From the NCBI GenBank assembly GCA_012295275.1, contig CM022665.1, positions 47,306,001 through 47,370,000 on the forward strand: DNA of 64,000 nt, written 5' to 3'. A model generated the notes under the pieces. The model saw only the letters and a program-made list of their open reading frames with translations. It searched no databases and had not been told where the DNA came from. Shown here piece after piece: positions 1 to 13,654 of this stretch. Source of the DNA: Chrysomallon squamiferum (lineage: Eukaryota; Animalia; Mollusca). The position numbers and the translations under genes were made by a program. Numbering within the stretch: position 1 is the first letter of the stretch; each line of letters begins with the position of its first letter.

Positions 1-139
1 GTTAACAATGAAAAACTTAGCTTAACTACTAAAATCAGTTAACTAACCAATATTCACCTGAAACAATCTTAAAATCAATGAAGTCAGGTACTTTCCCTGA
101 AACAGTGAAACCAGTTTAAATCTAATTACAAGTCGAATT

Positions 140-262
140 TTTTCAGTCAGATATTTCAAATATTATTATCAACAACAACAACAACGACGACGACATTTAT
201 TACTTTTCAGTCAGACATTTGAAATATTATTAACAACAACAACGAAAACGACGACAACGACA
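140..262. repeat. Two-copy ~63-bp tandem duplication with (CAA/CGA)n tails downstream of the ASCL gene
   Basis: ttttcagtcaga(t/c)attt(c/g)aaatattatta...caacaacaac occurs at ~141 and ~204. Confidence 0.7.
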
Positions 263-289
263 ACGGCAACAAAAACTCACCTGTCCGTT

Positions 290-1006
290 TTAAAACCAGT
301 TGACAAAGTCGATCAGACGGTCCTCCTCCTCGACAGCCACGGCGTCGTATGACGAATCCGTCGACTTGGGCGACGGCGAGCAGGACGCGGAGGGCGAGGC
401 GGGCCCCCCGTGGGCGAGCGCCCCGAGGGCGAGCTTTATCTGCGCGTGCTCGGCGAACAGCGACCCGTCGGCTTTGCCCACCATCGTCTGCAGGTCCCGG
501 ATGTACTCTATGGCTGCCCTCAGCGTCTCCACTTTGCTCATCTTCTTCGCTTTGCTGCCTTTGGAGCCGTGCGGCAGATGCTGTCGCAGCGTCGCGAACG
601 TCGTGTTGATCAGTTTCACGCGGTTTCGCTCCCTCTCGTTGCGCCGCGCGACCGCGACAGTCGGCGGTCGCTGGAAGTCGAGGAACGACGTCGCCTGCTG
701 CTGCTGCTGCAATTGCTGCTGCTGATGATGATGATGATGCTGTTGATGTTGAGGCGAGAAGTCGAGACGTCGCCTGCAGTGAACAACGACTCCGGCGGCG
801 GGGTCCCGGCAGTTTTCCTTCGACGACGGAGACACGGCCGTCAACAACGTCGACGACGTTGTTGCTGCTGAAGACGACGAAGACGAGGCAGACGGAGGTG
901 ACGGCGTGGAGAACATGCAGGACGGGCGCTCGCTTATCGGTGCAAATATGGCGGGGTCTTCGCAGAAGTTCTGAAGAGAGAGCATGTCAGCTGTGTCCAT
1001 GATCAT
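290..1006 (-). CDS. ASCL1: Achaete-scute family proneural bHLH transcription factor (ASCL1/ASH-like), intronless CDS, ~238 aa
   Basis: bHLH AVARRNERERNRVKLINTTFATLRQHLP...KKMSKVETLRAAIEYIRDLQ; upstream CRRRLDF motif (cf. ASCL1 CKRRLNF); poly-Q/H tract; C-terminal EEEDRLIDFVNWF matches the ASH C-terminal motif (ASCL1 EEQELLDFTNWF). Start ATG at 1006 or 1000. The symbol indicates family; exact orthology is not resolved. Confidence 0.95.
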   Translation of the reverse strand: MIMDTADMLSLQNFCEDPAIFAPISERPSCMFSTPSPPSASSSSSSAATTSSTLLTAVSPSSKENCRDPAAGVVVHCRRRLDFSPQHQQHHHHHQQQQLQQQQQATSFLDFQRPPTVAVARRNERERNRVKLINTTFATLRQHLPHGSKGSKAKKMSKVETLRAAIEYIRDLQTMVGKADGSLFAEHAQIKLALGALAHGGPASPSASCSPSPKSTDSSYDAVAVEEEDRLIDFVNWF

Positions 1007-1176
1007 CTGTGGAGGTTTCGTCTGGTCTGTAGTTTTCTCGTTTTGTTCTCGTTATTTTATTTTTTCTTTCTTTATATCCTGATCTCTCTCGCTCTCGCTC
1101 TCTCTCAGTATGTCGAGTTAGCCAGTGTCTTTGGAGGCTTCTGCCGCAAAACGACCTATCGAAGCAAACTGTCGGG

Positions 1177-1300
1177 GTTGCCAATGACAACTTCTCTTTA
1201 TACGGATCCGTCATTAACGCAGCGCAGGCCACGCCCACCCGGTACTTTCGTCTGTTAGTTTTACCTGTCACTGGGCGCGAGACTGGTCACGTGGTCTCGC
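1177..1300 (-). promoter_or_regulatory. Putative ASCL core promoter: TATAAA (1202-1197), RFX X-box (1177-1191), GC/KLF box (1228-1236), CACGTG (1288-1293)
   Basis: Minus-strand TATAAA ~190 bp upstream of the ATG; GTTGCCAATGACAAC; GCCACGCCC; CACGTG flanked by the inverted repeat GCGAGAC/GTCTCGC (1277-1283, 1294-1300). No TSS data. Confidence 0.6.
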
Positions 1301-1499
1301 CTCTTTTTTTTTTTTGTGAAGCCGGCGTTTTGAATATATCGCTTCCACTCAGATTCGGAAAAAAACTGACGTCGGAATATTCTCTTTCAAATGGCTTTCC
1401 ACTGCAGACAAAAGATAATGAAAAGGTTATGAGTGTATGGGGACCCCCCCCCACTAAGGGGTACACCTCTTTTGTGCCGTACAATTTTGGCTATGAAAG

Positions 1500-1530
<31 letters not shown>

Positions 1531-1758
1531 CTGTGATGGGGTGAGGGGCGCGGCGAGGAGGGGGGGCGTTTGACGGAGACTTCTTCCCTGTAATAAAAAA
1601 AAAAATTAAAAAAAAATTAAAAACTTTATGCGTAACGGTTTTAGCATTCGGAGCCAAGCCAGTGATTTTTGAAAGCGTTTTTTCTAATTATTCAAAGCAA
1701 AGTTTGTCCTGGGCATATCATCACAAAGGAGGGGTAAAGGCAAAGGATCGGGTTTTTT

Positions 1759-1791
<33 letters not shown>

Positions 1792-3490
1792 TTCTTTTTG
1801 GGGCTGTTTGTTATCTTAGCGTCAGTCTCCTAAACGCGCGTTGTTGAAGAAGGGAACAAGGGCACGTAACTCTGACGTAAAGAAAAACGCATCATTCTTC
1901 CTTTATCTTTTTTTTTTTTTTTTTTTAAACAAAGAGTCTTCTTTCTTACAACGCCGGTCTCAAATAACACTTTTAATTTCCAGCTTTCTTAGTCTGAACA
2001 TACTGAACATTTTGTACAGTGATAACAACGACAAGTACAACAACAACAATAACAGCAACTATGCTGACAACAACAACAACTATAATAATAATAAAGGCAA
2101 CAATAACAACAGAAATAATAATAATAATAATATTAATATTAATAACAACAGCAATAACAGTAATAAAATAGCAGCAACAACAACATTAACAACAATAATA
2201 GTAATAATAATAATAATAATAATATAATAAAAATAATAACAACAACAACAATACTAGTAACAATAATAATAATAATACCATAAACAATAATAACAATAGC
2301 AACAAGTATAATTATATTAACAATAATAACAACAACAGCAACAACAATAATAACAGCAACAGTTACTAAAACGACCACCATTACTTCTGTTTCAACAACA
2401 ACAACAACAACAACAAAAATATCCTATGAATATGAAAGGCAAAAACAGAAATAAAACAACAACGACGACAAAAACAAAATAAAACAAAAGCTTCAATAAC
2501 AAGAACAAACATTTGTTTTCTTTTCTTTTCTGGCTTTATGTATCGTGGCACTTTTATGATTTGTTTCAGCTGAGTACTTCTTTATTATTATTTTTGTTTG
2601 TATTTGTTTGTTTTAGTGATTAACTTTTCATTTCGTCGTAGCTTTAAATTTATTCAGTTTTAATAAAATCAGTAATTACATTGTACGTTTCATTGTACGA
2701 TTACAGATACACGCTAAAAAAAAAGAAACAAAACTTGTTTCTAAACGAGGCTGAGATTCAGACTGATCTCTGCGGTATGAAGTTTACACAGATTGATGAA
2801 ATAGCAACATTCTACATATATACAGATACACACATGCACACACAGACATATACAAACACACGCACGTAAAACCCCCACATACACACATACACATGCAAAA
2901 ATACACTCTCATACATACACGCACAAACGCTCACAAGAGATTTAGCTATACAGGTGTATCATCATATAGGTTTATCTTTTTTCTTCTTTATTTCATTTTT
3001 CATTTCACACACACATTCACACACATACACCAACACACACAAACACATGCACACTCAAATGCACACACATACATACACACACAAAAACATGTAGACAAAC
3101 ACATAAGACGTACACACAAACACACACACATAAACACTAACACAATTTATTTTTCGCTGTACTTCATGTTTGTTTTTGTTTTTTTCCTTGAATACAAATA
3201 GATTTAGGTTTAAATAGATGTGTAATGGATACAAAATTAAATAAATAAAAGAAACGAAAAGGTAATTTATTACAAAAACAATCTAATTAACACATTTTTG
3301 AATATGTTATAGAAAATTCTTAACTATTAGTATAATAATTATCTTAATTGTTCAGATTTGAAAAATAAAGCTGTAAGTGTTGTTCATTAGATGTCAAAAA
3401 CACATACCTGTTTTATATATATATATATATATATATTACATTATTATTATTATTATTTTATTATTATTATAATGTTTATATTTATTATTA

Positions 3491-3560
<70 letters not shown>

Positions 3561-4231
3561 AAGTGCAGTTTTCAAATGATGGCGAACTCAACAGCCGTAA
3601 TCGACATGACAGTCAAAAATCAATAAAATTAAAATCATTTCTAGAAAAATCTGATTAAAGTTTCAAATTCATTTTCAGTACTTCTATCCAGTTTTACCTG
3701 TCAAAAAATAAATTATTTACATTTTCAAATTTATTAAGAAAAAAAAAAAAAAAAATATTTAAAATAAAAATAACAATAAAAAATAAAAACGTCTATTTAT
3801 TAACCTGTCAAATATATTTAAATCATGAATATTTTAGAGAGAGAGAAAAAAAAAAAAGAAAGAAAAAAATCTCGCATTTGTGCTAAACGCTTTGACGCTT
3901 GGAAGCAGCGTTAGACAAGAGTTCTTTCTTCGTCCGCTGTCAATACAAGATGAAGTACAACAGTCTAGGAGAGATATGAATATTCTGCAACAGTTCAACT
4001 TGGCGGAGTCGAGCGTTTTTATTTCTTTTTTTTTTTTTTTTTTTTTTTTAAATACGGCAGAATGCAAATCTGCTGCACCTTAAGGTTAAACGTGTGAACG
4101 TAAATCAGACGGGGAAACGAACGATAAATTTTAATGTTTTGTGTGTTAAAGACTTGCGTATTTTCTTACGCAACGTGTCATGTTTAATTGCGATCGTAAA
4201 TTAACGCAGTGCAAAATGTTTTGTCGAGATT

Positions 4232-4300
<69 letters not shown>

Positions 4301-4474
4301 GTAATTTTTGGACATGGTGTCGATTTTGTTTAAGTGTTATTTTTTTTTTGTTATTTTTATTTCTTTTATTTTATTTTTTTAGATTTTTTTTTTTAATAAT
4401 ATATATATATATTTAAAAAAGAAAAAAATATATATATATAAAATAAAATACAAACTCTTCTGGTGATGATGATG

Positions 4475-4549
<75 letters not shown>

Positions 4550-5188
4550 TATTATTGGTTGTATAACTGTTGTATTTTTTAAAATATTTTTATTTACTTA
4601 TTTATTTGTTTATTAATTGATTATTTATTTATTAATTTTCTGGTTTTGGTTTTGTTTATTTACTTTCATACATCTTTGTTCTTTTCTTTTAATTTTTAAT
4701 TTATTTATTTATTTATTTTATGTTATTGCCTCTGTTTATTTATTTATTTATTTTCATACATCTTGTTTGTTTTGGGGTGTATTTTTTTATTTTTCATTTT
4801 TTTTTTTTTTTTTTAAATTTTAATAGATACACTTTTCATAATAATTAAGCCATCTGATATTCATGTTTCAATTTATAGCGTTGCCATCATCAAGTAACTG
4901 TTACATTAAACATTTATTTACCTCGCCAGACGACAGAGAGTATCGAACAAGCGACAAGAAGTGTCATAAAAGTTGTCAATTTTTGTTTCAAAAATAAAAC
5001 GAGCAAACAGACAAAGAAGTAAATTAGAAAAATAAAAATAATGAATTAAAAATGTAGAAAAGAACATAGTAAAAAAAAAAAGAAAAAACAGAAGAAAGAA
5101 AGAAAGAAAAATAATTTAAAAAATGTTTGGTTTTTTTTTTTTTTAATTAGTAACTAAAATTACAAATTCCAAAGTTAGAAAAAGACTC

Positions 5189-5224
<36 letters not shown>

Positions 5225-5429
5225 AAATTAAAATTAAAAAGCAAAATAAAACTAAACTTTATAAAAATAAAAATAGAAAAGACAAAAAACAACAACAAAC
5301 AAACAACACCAACAACATTAGGACGATAACGCTAAACTCTCTCTGTCTCTTTTAAGGGGGTATAAAAAAAAAAAAAAAAAAAAAGAAAGATAAAAGAAAA
5401 TAAAAAGTAGGGGGGGAACATTTAAAAAG

Positions 5430-5900
5430 AAATGGCGTCTCTTCTTGCATCATTCAGAAAATGTGCTACTGAAAAAACACCTGTATGTTAATGACGTGGA
5501 GATAATTGACTGGTGGCGGAGTCGCTCTCTGTGATGTAAATATGGCGTAATTCACATAAAAATACCGGGTCACAGGCAGCCACCGATTCTCTCTCTCCGC
5601 CGAATCGTTCCCCTGCTCGCTTTGTTGCCCATGGCAATGCAACGGGATTCCCCCGCGAAACAGAGAAGATTTGCTTTCGGCTGCTCGCTCCAGACACGCG
5701 ACCTGCTCGCGCCGGAAGACACACGTGGGTTCGGCGTAAACACCCGATCTCAGTATACTAACTCGTCACAGGCTCGGAATTCTCTTCCGTGGGTCGCGCT
5801 GAACGTAATAAACGTGTTTTTTTTTTTTTTTTTTTTTGGGGAAAAGCATGTCTGTTGATCGAGATATAAACACCCGGCGATTTGCTTAACTGCGATGACA
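5430..5900. promoter_or_regulatory. Candidate ASCL enhancer island (octamer/E-box composite, X-box, Hes-type sites)
   Basis: CpG-rich complex sequence between simple repeats; ATTAACATACAGGTG (minus, 5478-5492); GTTGCCCATGGCAAT (5624-5638); GACACGCGAC (5693-5702); CACGTG (5722-5727). Confidence 0.55.
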
Positions 5901-6112
5901 ATATATTAAATACTGAAAGTTTAAAAAAAACAATTGAACGTCTTGTCGAGTAGTCAGTCTTGTCTGGTGTGTTCTTCTAGCCAGCGAATCAGATTTCGTC
6001 CTTTCTACGTCGTGGTGGTCGTCGTCGTCTGCAGCGTCTCTTCTGTTTACAGCTACAAAGATAATCACCTGATTTTAATTTCTGTGCACACACACACACA
6101 CACACAGACAGA

Positions 6113-6149
<37 letters not shown>

Positions 6150-6361
6150 ACATACACAGACACACATACACACATAAACAGACACACATACACACACACA
6201 GACACACACACACATGCATTTATACTTATTAAGACCCATTTATTTATAAAGATGTATGTACGATCGTATATATATATATATATATCTATGTAAGGCGTGT
6301 ATGTGTGGATGGACGAATATATAATCGTGTGCATATATGTATGTATATAATGTATATGTGT

Positions 6362-6403
<42 letters not shown>

Positions 6404-6609
6404 CGTATGTATGTATGTATATTGTTTGTGTATGTCTTTTCAACTCTTATACAGACGATAAATATGCCATTATTATGAAAATCTATTTTTTCTTTCTCTT
6501 TTCTCTTTTTCAGATACATTTACTTATTATTGTTATTAATAGTACTAGTAGTTGTTGTTGTTGTTGTAGAAGTAGTAGTAGTAATAGTAGTTTATTTATT
6601 CATTATTTA

Positions 6610-7050
6610 TTTACTTAAGGTATGTTTTCTTTTTTAACTACACCTATGTAATAATAATAATAATAATACACAGCAATAGTAGTAGAACTGGTTTTTTTCA
6701 TTTACTTAAGGTATGTTTTATCTTTTAATTGCACCTGCATAATATTGATAGTAAGTAGTCGTAGTAGTAGTAGTAGTAATAAAAAAAAAATAATAGTAGT
6801 AGTAGTAGCAGTATTAGCAGTAGGAGCAGCTATAGTGGTAGTAGTAGTATGTTTTGTCTTTTAATTGCACCTGTGTAATAATGATAATAACTAGTAGTAG
6901 TAGAAATAATAATAAATAATAGTAGGAGTAGTAGTAGTAGAAATAATAATAATAGTGGTAGTAGTGGTAGTGGTAATAGATACATTATTATTAATTTTTT
7001 TTAACAATACACTGGAGGTGTGTTTTTTCTCTTTTAATTACACGTATGTA
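6610..7050. repeat. Four dispersed copies of a ~35-bp unit (gtatgtttt..cttttaattgcacctg..) separated by (TAG/TAA)n
   Basis: Copies at ~6610, 6701, 6847 and 7018; two retain CACCTG (6732, 6868). Confidence 0.65.
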
Positions 7051-7424
7051 TGACAAGTTGTGATAAATGCCAGGGGTCGGGGTGTGAAGATGGCGTGGTC
7101 TGTGTTATTGTGTGTTTCGCCAAGTGACCATCGCGCGTTCAGCACCCCGCGGGCACGGTTCACACGTGTAATTTCGCAGACGTACAAATGACAATCGAGT
7201 TGGCTCAGACGGAAAGATTTTTCACCGGCCACTGAGTCCCCGCCGCTTCAAGCCGGCAGTTTCGTACGAACGCCGCAGATAATCAACAACAACAACGGTT
7301 ATCTGGGCGAAAATTGGAGGAAATTAGAGCCACGTGGCGCCCCCCAGGGCTGGTCACCCGGATGGAAGTGGTTAGGGACGTCGAACTGATCTAGTCGTTA
7401 ACCTGAATGTTTTGACAGATCGGT

Positions 7425-7564
7425 GAGATATCGCGATGGTGTACAGTGGACGTGAATACGTGACGTCACGCTGTTGTCAAGTGTACGAGAGAATGTGACG
7501 TCACGCTGCAGGCCGGTGTACGCGAAAACGTGACGTCACGCTGTTGTCCGGTGCACGTGACAAA
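7425..7564. repeat. 35-bp tandem repeat, 4 copies, carrying palindromic CRE (GTGACGTCAC)
   Basis: GTGACGTCACGCTG at 7460, 7495 and 7530 (exact 35-bp period); degenerate copy at 7425. Confidence 0.8.
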
Positions 7565-7629
7565 ATCGTTTCTTTTGAGTTACGACATGACAAGTAAGAA
7601 ATACTGAAAACTTTTTTAAACTAGGGTTA

Positions 7630-7790
7630 CTGAGACCAGAAATAATCGGAGAAGAAACTCGCCGTCCGCACTCACAAGCTATTCTTTTCTCAGTTAGCAG
7701 AAAGTGATCGTTGAAATATGCCTTCCCACAGATAGTAAGGCAAATATCACAGTTATTGATACAAACCAGTAATCAGGCACTTTCTGAAAG
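7630..7790 (-). mobile_element. Degenerate interspersed (SINE-like) repeat copy
   Basis: Its reverse complement (gcatat...ctgctaactgagaaaagaatagc) resembles segments at ~35640-35745 and ~40350-40490 (gcatataaaacttcttgctgctaatcagtaagagtaaccc). The family assignment is from memory of gastropod repeats only. Confidence 0.4.
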
Positions 7791-8175
7791 AATATCATTA
7801 AAAAGCATAATTAAAGTAATAATACAAATTACAGATAATCATGATAAAAGGTTATAATCAAAGTCATTATTAAAGTTTCTATTTTTCTTTAACGGCAATG
7901 AATATTTAATTTTAGTTTCCCCGTGGCGCGCACCACACTGCTTAATATGCATACAGCCGACAAGAGGTATTGGTTAGAATGGGAATTAATCCAATAAATA
8001 TATAGCATATTTTACTAGCTGTGCTGTGTTGCTATGAAGATGATAATGTCTGTAGTGATGATGATGATGATGATGTTGATATCTTTGACGTCGAAGATGA
8101 CGAAGACAACGACATTTGTGACAATCATGATATTTTGTTCCAGTGATGTAGTAAATAAAACATTAAAAATCTGCT

Positions 8176-8927
<752 letters not shown>

Positions 8928-9965
8928 TGTTATTCAATCTGTGTTATCAGTGACACATACATCTCCGAAGATATATTAAGCATCGTAAGTAATTTGCATG
9001 TGAACAGAAGCAAAAAGCGAAATACGATCGCTGGAAGGCGAGGTCTGCGTAACGGCGTCGTAACCTAGCAAGCGCGTGCGGTCGTTACGTCGTCGTAAGA
9101 CAGTCAGGTGACGTGTTAACCTCCGCCTCGCGTGATTCTTTCTAACGGGGGGGTAACCAATCAGCGCCGTACTAACGAGAGTGTCCTCTCGTGCAGAGCG
9201 CGTGCCGAGGCGTGGCGTTACAGCAATGAAAAGTGATGTATAAAATATAATCTTTTTACTTCTTTTTTCTTTTTTTTTCTTTCTTTTTTTCTTTTCTTTT
9301 TTTCGTTTTTTTTTTATTCGTTCTTTTTTGCTTTCTTTCGTTTCAGTATATTTTCTTTCTTTTGTTTTTACTTTTCGCACTTTGTTACTCTTTTTATCTT
9401 CGGTATATTTATTTATTTATTTATTTTTTTTTTTTTTCCGGTTTTTTTTTTTTACAGTTATTTTTATTATTTTATTATTATTTTACAAAAAGAGATAGTT
9501 TTTCTTACATATTGTTCTTTTGTTAAACAAAAAACTTATACTGTTATAATTTGGGTTACAAAACATGTATCAATTATTCGATAAAGCTTTTTGTTTTAAT
9601 TTGTATCTGTTGATTGCATTTATGCATTATGCAGACATATATACATGCATACATACACACAGACGTATTGCGTAGCAGTAGACGTAATAGTTGCAGTAAT
9701 AGTAGTATAAAGAAAGAATATAGTGGCTAAAGTATTAATCATGAAATTAAAAACGTAAGCTAGATTTTAAAACGCGGCGACTCCTGCTGCTGTAGACTAT
9801 TTGCTCTTGTTACTTCTATTTGGAATAAAAATATTTGGTTGGCGTCTTTTTTTACTGTTTTATAATTTAACGTTTTATCTAGCTGTTCTTATTACAAATC
9901 GAAATTAAATTACAAATGTACCTAATAGTATTTTGGTGTTTTTTTTTGTTTTTTTAATGCTTGTA

Positions 9966-10006
<41 letters not shown>

Positions 10007-10154
10007 ATTGATACGTATGTAATGAATATTTTATGCGTATAGTAAAGAAATTTAAAACTGTTACGATTATAAGTAAGTATCTGTGTACTAATAACAAAAA
10101 ACAATCACTGTAACAACGTATTTCAAACTCCATGATTACTAATTCGAGTAAACT

Positions 10155-10190
<36 letters not shown>

Positions 10191-10477
10191 TTGAATATTT
10201 TCAGAAAACAAAACAAAAAAAAAGTATTAAACCCAGTACTGGAACTATGTATTTATTTCACTCTCTGAAAAAAAAAAATAATAATAATAATGAATAATAA
10301 TAATAAAAAAAAAAATTTATAAATTTAAAAAAGGTTTAAAAGGTTTAAAAAGTAAAAAAAAAAAAAAAAAAAATGTATATATATCATATAAAATGTGTAT
10401 GTAAATAGAGAGAAACAAAGACTGGTGGAATACTGGGTGTATTTCACGTGGTTATTACACAGTTGGCTATGACAGTA

Positions 10478-10492
10478 ATTTGCATACAGCTG
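10478..10492 (+). promoter_or_regulatory. Octamer + E-box composite (Ascl/Brn-type) site
   Basis: ATTTGCAT-A-CAGCTG; the 17-mer TAATTTGCATACAGCTG is repeated exactly at 13638-13654. Confidence 0.6.
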
Positions 10493-11032
10493 TTTCGCCC
10501 AGGGCGGCAGGTCACGGGGTCGGGGGAGCACCGTTACGTCAACAGCGGTCGCAACGCACCTAAACACACATCTTCACCTTTCACAACGTCTTAGTTCTTT
10601 CTTCGTTCCTTTCTTTATTTCTCCTTTCTTGCTTCTGTTTTTTTCTTTATTTTTAACTTTATTGTTATATTTTTTTTTAATTTTTATTATTATTATTTTT
10701 TTGTTGTTCTTTCTTTCTTGAATTGACACTTGTAGATACTACAACAGTAAAAGTGACAAGTTTAATAAGTAATAAAATTAGCCGCAATTTTACTTGCTAC
10801 TACTAATGCTAACATAATACAGTACTAATACTTCTATTACTACCACTAGTTCTGATATTACTACTACTACAACAATTACAACTACTGCTACACTTTCAAC
10901 TGCAGCTACTATTATTATTACTGCTAATATTACTTTCAGTATCATGTTAATTCGAAAACTAATACTAGTACTCTCTGCTTATAGTATTTACAACACTCTT
11001 GTTACTAATACTTCTAATATATACTAATACTT

Positions 11033-11070
<38 letters not shown>

Positions 11071-11505
11071 GTTTCTATCATTACTACTTCTGCTACAACC
11101 ACCATCACTACAACTACAACCACTTTCACAATAACAACTTCTTCAGTGTTATCACCATTCTAATACTAATACCAATCTAATACGATAATTTTACTAATAT
11201 TTTATTTTTTTTTTTTTTTTTACTATTTCTGTTAATTCAACTTTTACTACTATTACAATTTGTATTTTTTTTTAAAAAAACGTCTACGCTGGTGGTACAT
11301 GTGATACGAAACATGATACAACATCCACTAACAAAGATTAAACGTATACGACAATAAATTAAACTGGTATGAATCATATGCAACTGAATGGGGAAGCAAA
11401 TAACTCATTTTACTTCTTTTCTTTTCTTTTTTTTTTTTTTTTTTTCTTTTTCCTTCTTTTCTTTTCTTTTTTCTTCTTCCCTTCTTCTTCTTCTCTTCTT
11501 TTTTC

Positions 11506-11536
<31 letters not shown>

Positions 11537-12052
11537 TCCTCAGTTAAATTTATTTTCTTTCTCTTTAAAATATGTTTCTCTTGGAGATTTACTCTACAAA
11601 TAAAACATTTTAAAAAAACAAACCCCAACACACACGCGAAATGACGCTTCTGGTCACATGGTACGCCGCATGAAAAAAAAAGACGTCAGAGTAGTAAAAC
11701 AGCAATAAAACGTCGAAAACGCCTCGGGCAGCACGCTTTCCGTGGTGGGGGGGTGGACGGACGGGGTGGGGGTGCGCGAACAGAGAGGGGGGCTGTCGAT
11801 TTGCCCACGCTTTACATTAAGACACGCGACAAAAGTCAACACAGACACCGGAGCAATTGAAACAGACAAGAGCTCGCGAGAAACCAGGTCACACACGCTT
11901 CGCGGTCTTTTGTCGTAAGTAATGTGTACCGCGGTGGATTGGCCGCGTTTAACGTGCAGAACGCAACGCATCGCTCCACTGGAAACCTCGACAGAACAAA
12001 ACTCGACTGTTCCGAACACCAGATATTTAGTAGAAGGAAAATCTTAGAATAT

Positions 12053-12115
<63 letters not shown>

Positions 12116-12325
12116 ATATAAAATTATATATATATATAGGATATAAGATTATATATATCTATTATTATTATTATATCTATATTGATAATTTTCGTTGTTA
12201 ATTTTGCTGTTGTTGTTGTTGTTAATGTTGATTGTTTAAACACTACTTTTTTTGATTGTTTAAATATATATTTTTTGTGTATGTATGTATGTATGTATGT
12301 GTATGTGTATGTGTTTGTGTATGTA

Positions 12326-12356
<31 letters not shown>

Positions 12357-12485
12357 GTATGTATGTATATATGAATATATGTATTTATCGATCCTCGACT
12401 TTTTTTCTGTTACAGCATCTACTACCACCACTAACATCACAACTACTACAACTGCCATTTCCACTCCTACTGCAACTACTACTAC

Positions 12486-12540
<55 letters not shown>

Positions 12541-12852
12541 TTAATTGTCATCAACAGCATCATCGTTGTTATCAACGTCATCATCAACATCAACAACTGT
12601 GATACGTCTGTATTATAACGTTATCGCTGTGCTGTTTGATCTGTCTTAAGAAATGTCTCACATGTAAAACAATTTGAATTCAACGTGCGCGTGCACGGCT
12701 AAAATCGATTTCACATACCGGCGCCATCTTACACATGCACGACATTCTCTCACGTGCAACCCGCAACAGTTTATTTAGATCAGATTAGAAACATACACAG
12801 AGATAGATAGATTTTTTTAAAATTTCTGTTTAATTAATTAATTAATTAATTA

Positions 12853-12889
<37 letters not shown>

Positions 12890-13068
12890 GCAAAATAACA
12901 AAAACAAGAAAGTGTATGAGAAATATTTAAAATGCCTTAAGAAGGTTCTTTTCTTCTTTTACACGCACACACACGCACACGCACATAGTAGTTTGTTGTT
13001 TTTTTGTTTTTATTTTGTTTTTTTTTTTTTGTTTTTTTTATTTGTTGGTTTTTGTTGTTTTATAATAG

Positions 13069-13101
<33 letters not shown>

Positions 13102-13382
13102 TATTACTTATTATTATTATTACTATTTTTTAGGTCTTTTTGTTTGGATGGATGTGAATGGGGGAGGTTGTTTCTTTTTAGTGTAGTTTTTATATATATA
13201 TATATATTGTTGTTGTTTTGTTTTCTTTCTGTCCTTATTTTTAACATCATGTCTGGCAAGTCAGATCTCCTTTTTACACACACACACACGCACACACACA
13301 CACACGCACTTACATGTCAGCTACAACAAAAATATTAATAACAAATATAAAATAAACAAATCAGTTAATTAAAAATATAATA

Positions 13383-13423
<41 letters not shown>

Positions 13424-13639
13424 TAACAGTAGTAGTAGTAATACTAGTAGCAACAGTAGTAGTAGTAGCAGCAGCAGCAATAACAATAATAATGAAGATG
13501 AAGATAAATTAATTAATTTAAAAAAAAAAAAATTCTTCATAAAATCTCATAAACAATTAAATGGAGATACTCGACGCATATATCAGTTCTGAGTACACAC
13601 TTTAGCCACGCCCCAGTTTCGAGTGCAAAAATGGAGATA

Positions 13640-13654
13640 ATTTGCATACAGCTG
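13640..13654 (+). promoter_or_regulatory. Octamer + E-box composite (Ascl/Brn-type) site
   Basis: ATTTGCAT-A-CAGCTG with flanks unrelated to the 10478 copy. Confidence 0.6.

Noticed and set aside
300-871. Plus-strand ORFs of 86-153 aa overlapping the ASCL gene
   Set aside because: Antisense shadows of a GC-rich CDS; no recognisable domain.
7335-7353. CTCF-like site TGGCGCCCCCCAGGGCTGG
   Set aside because: Several mismatches to the core; cannot be supported without a PWM score.
7425-7564. CRISPR-like repeat-spacer appearance (also 37883-38387 and 55253-55520)
   Set aside because: Spacers are homologous to one another, the context is eukaryotic and there are no cas genes; these are ordinary tandem repeats.
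11741-11792. G-rich tracts with G-quadruplex potential (also 1537-1567)
   Set aside because: Plausible but generic; nothing in the sequence supports a function.
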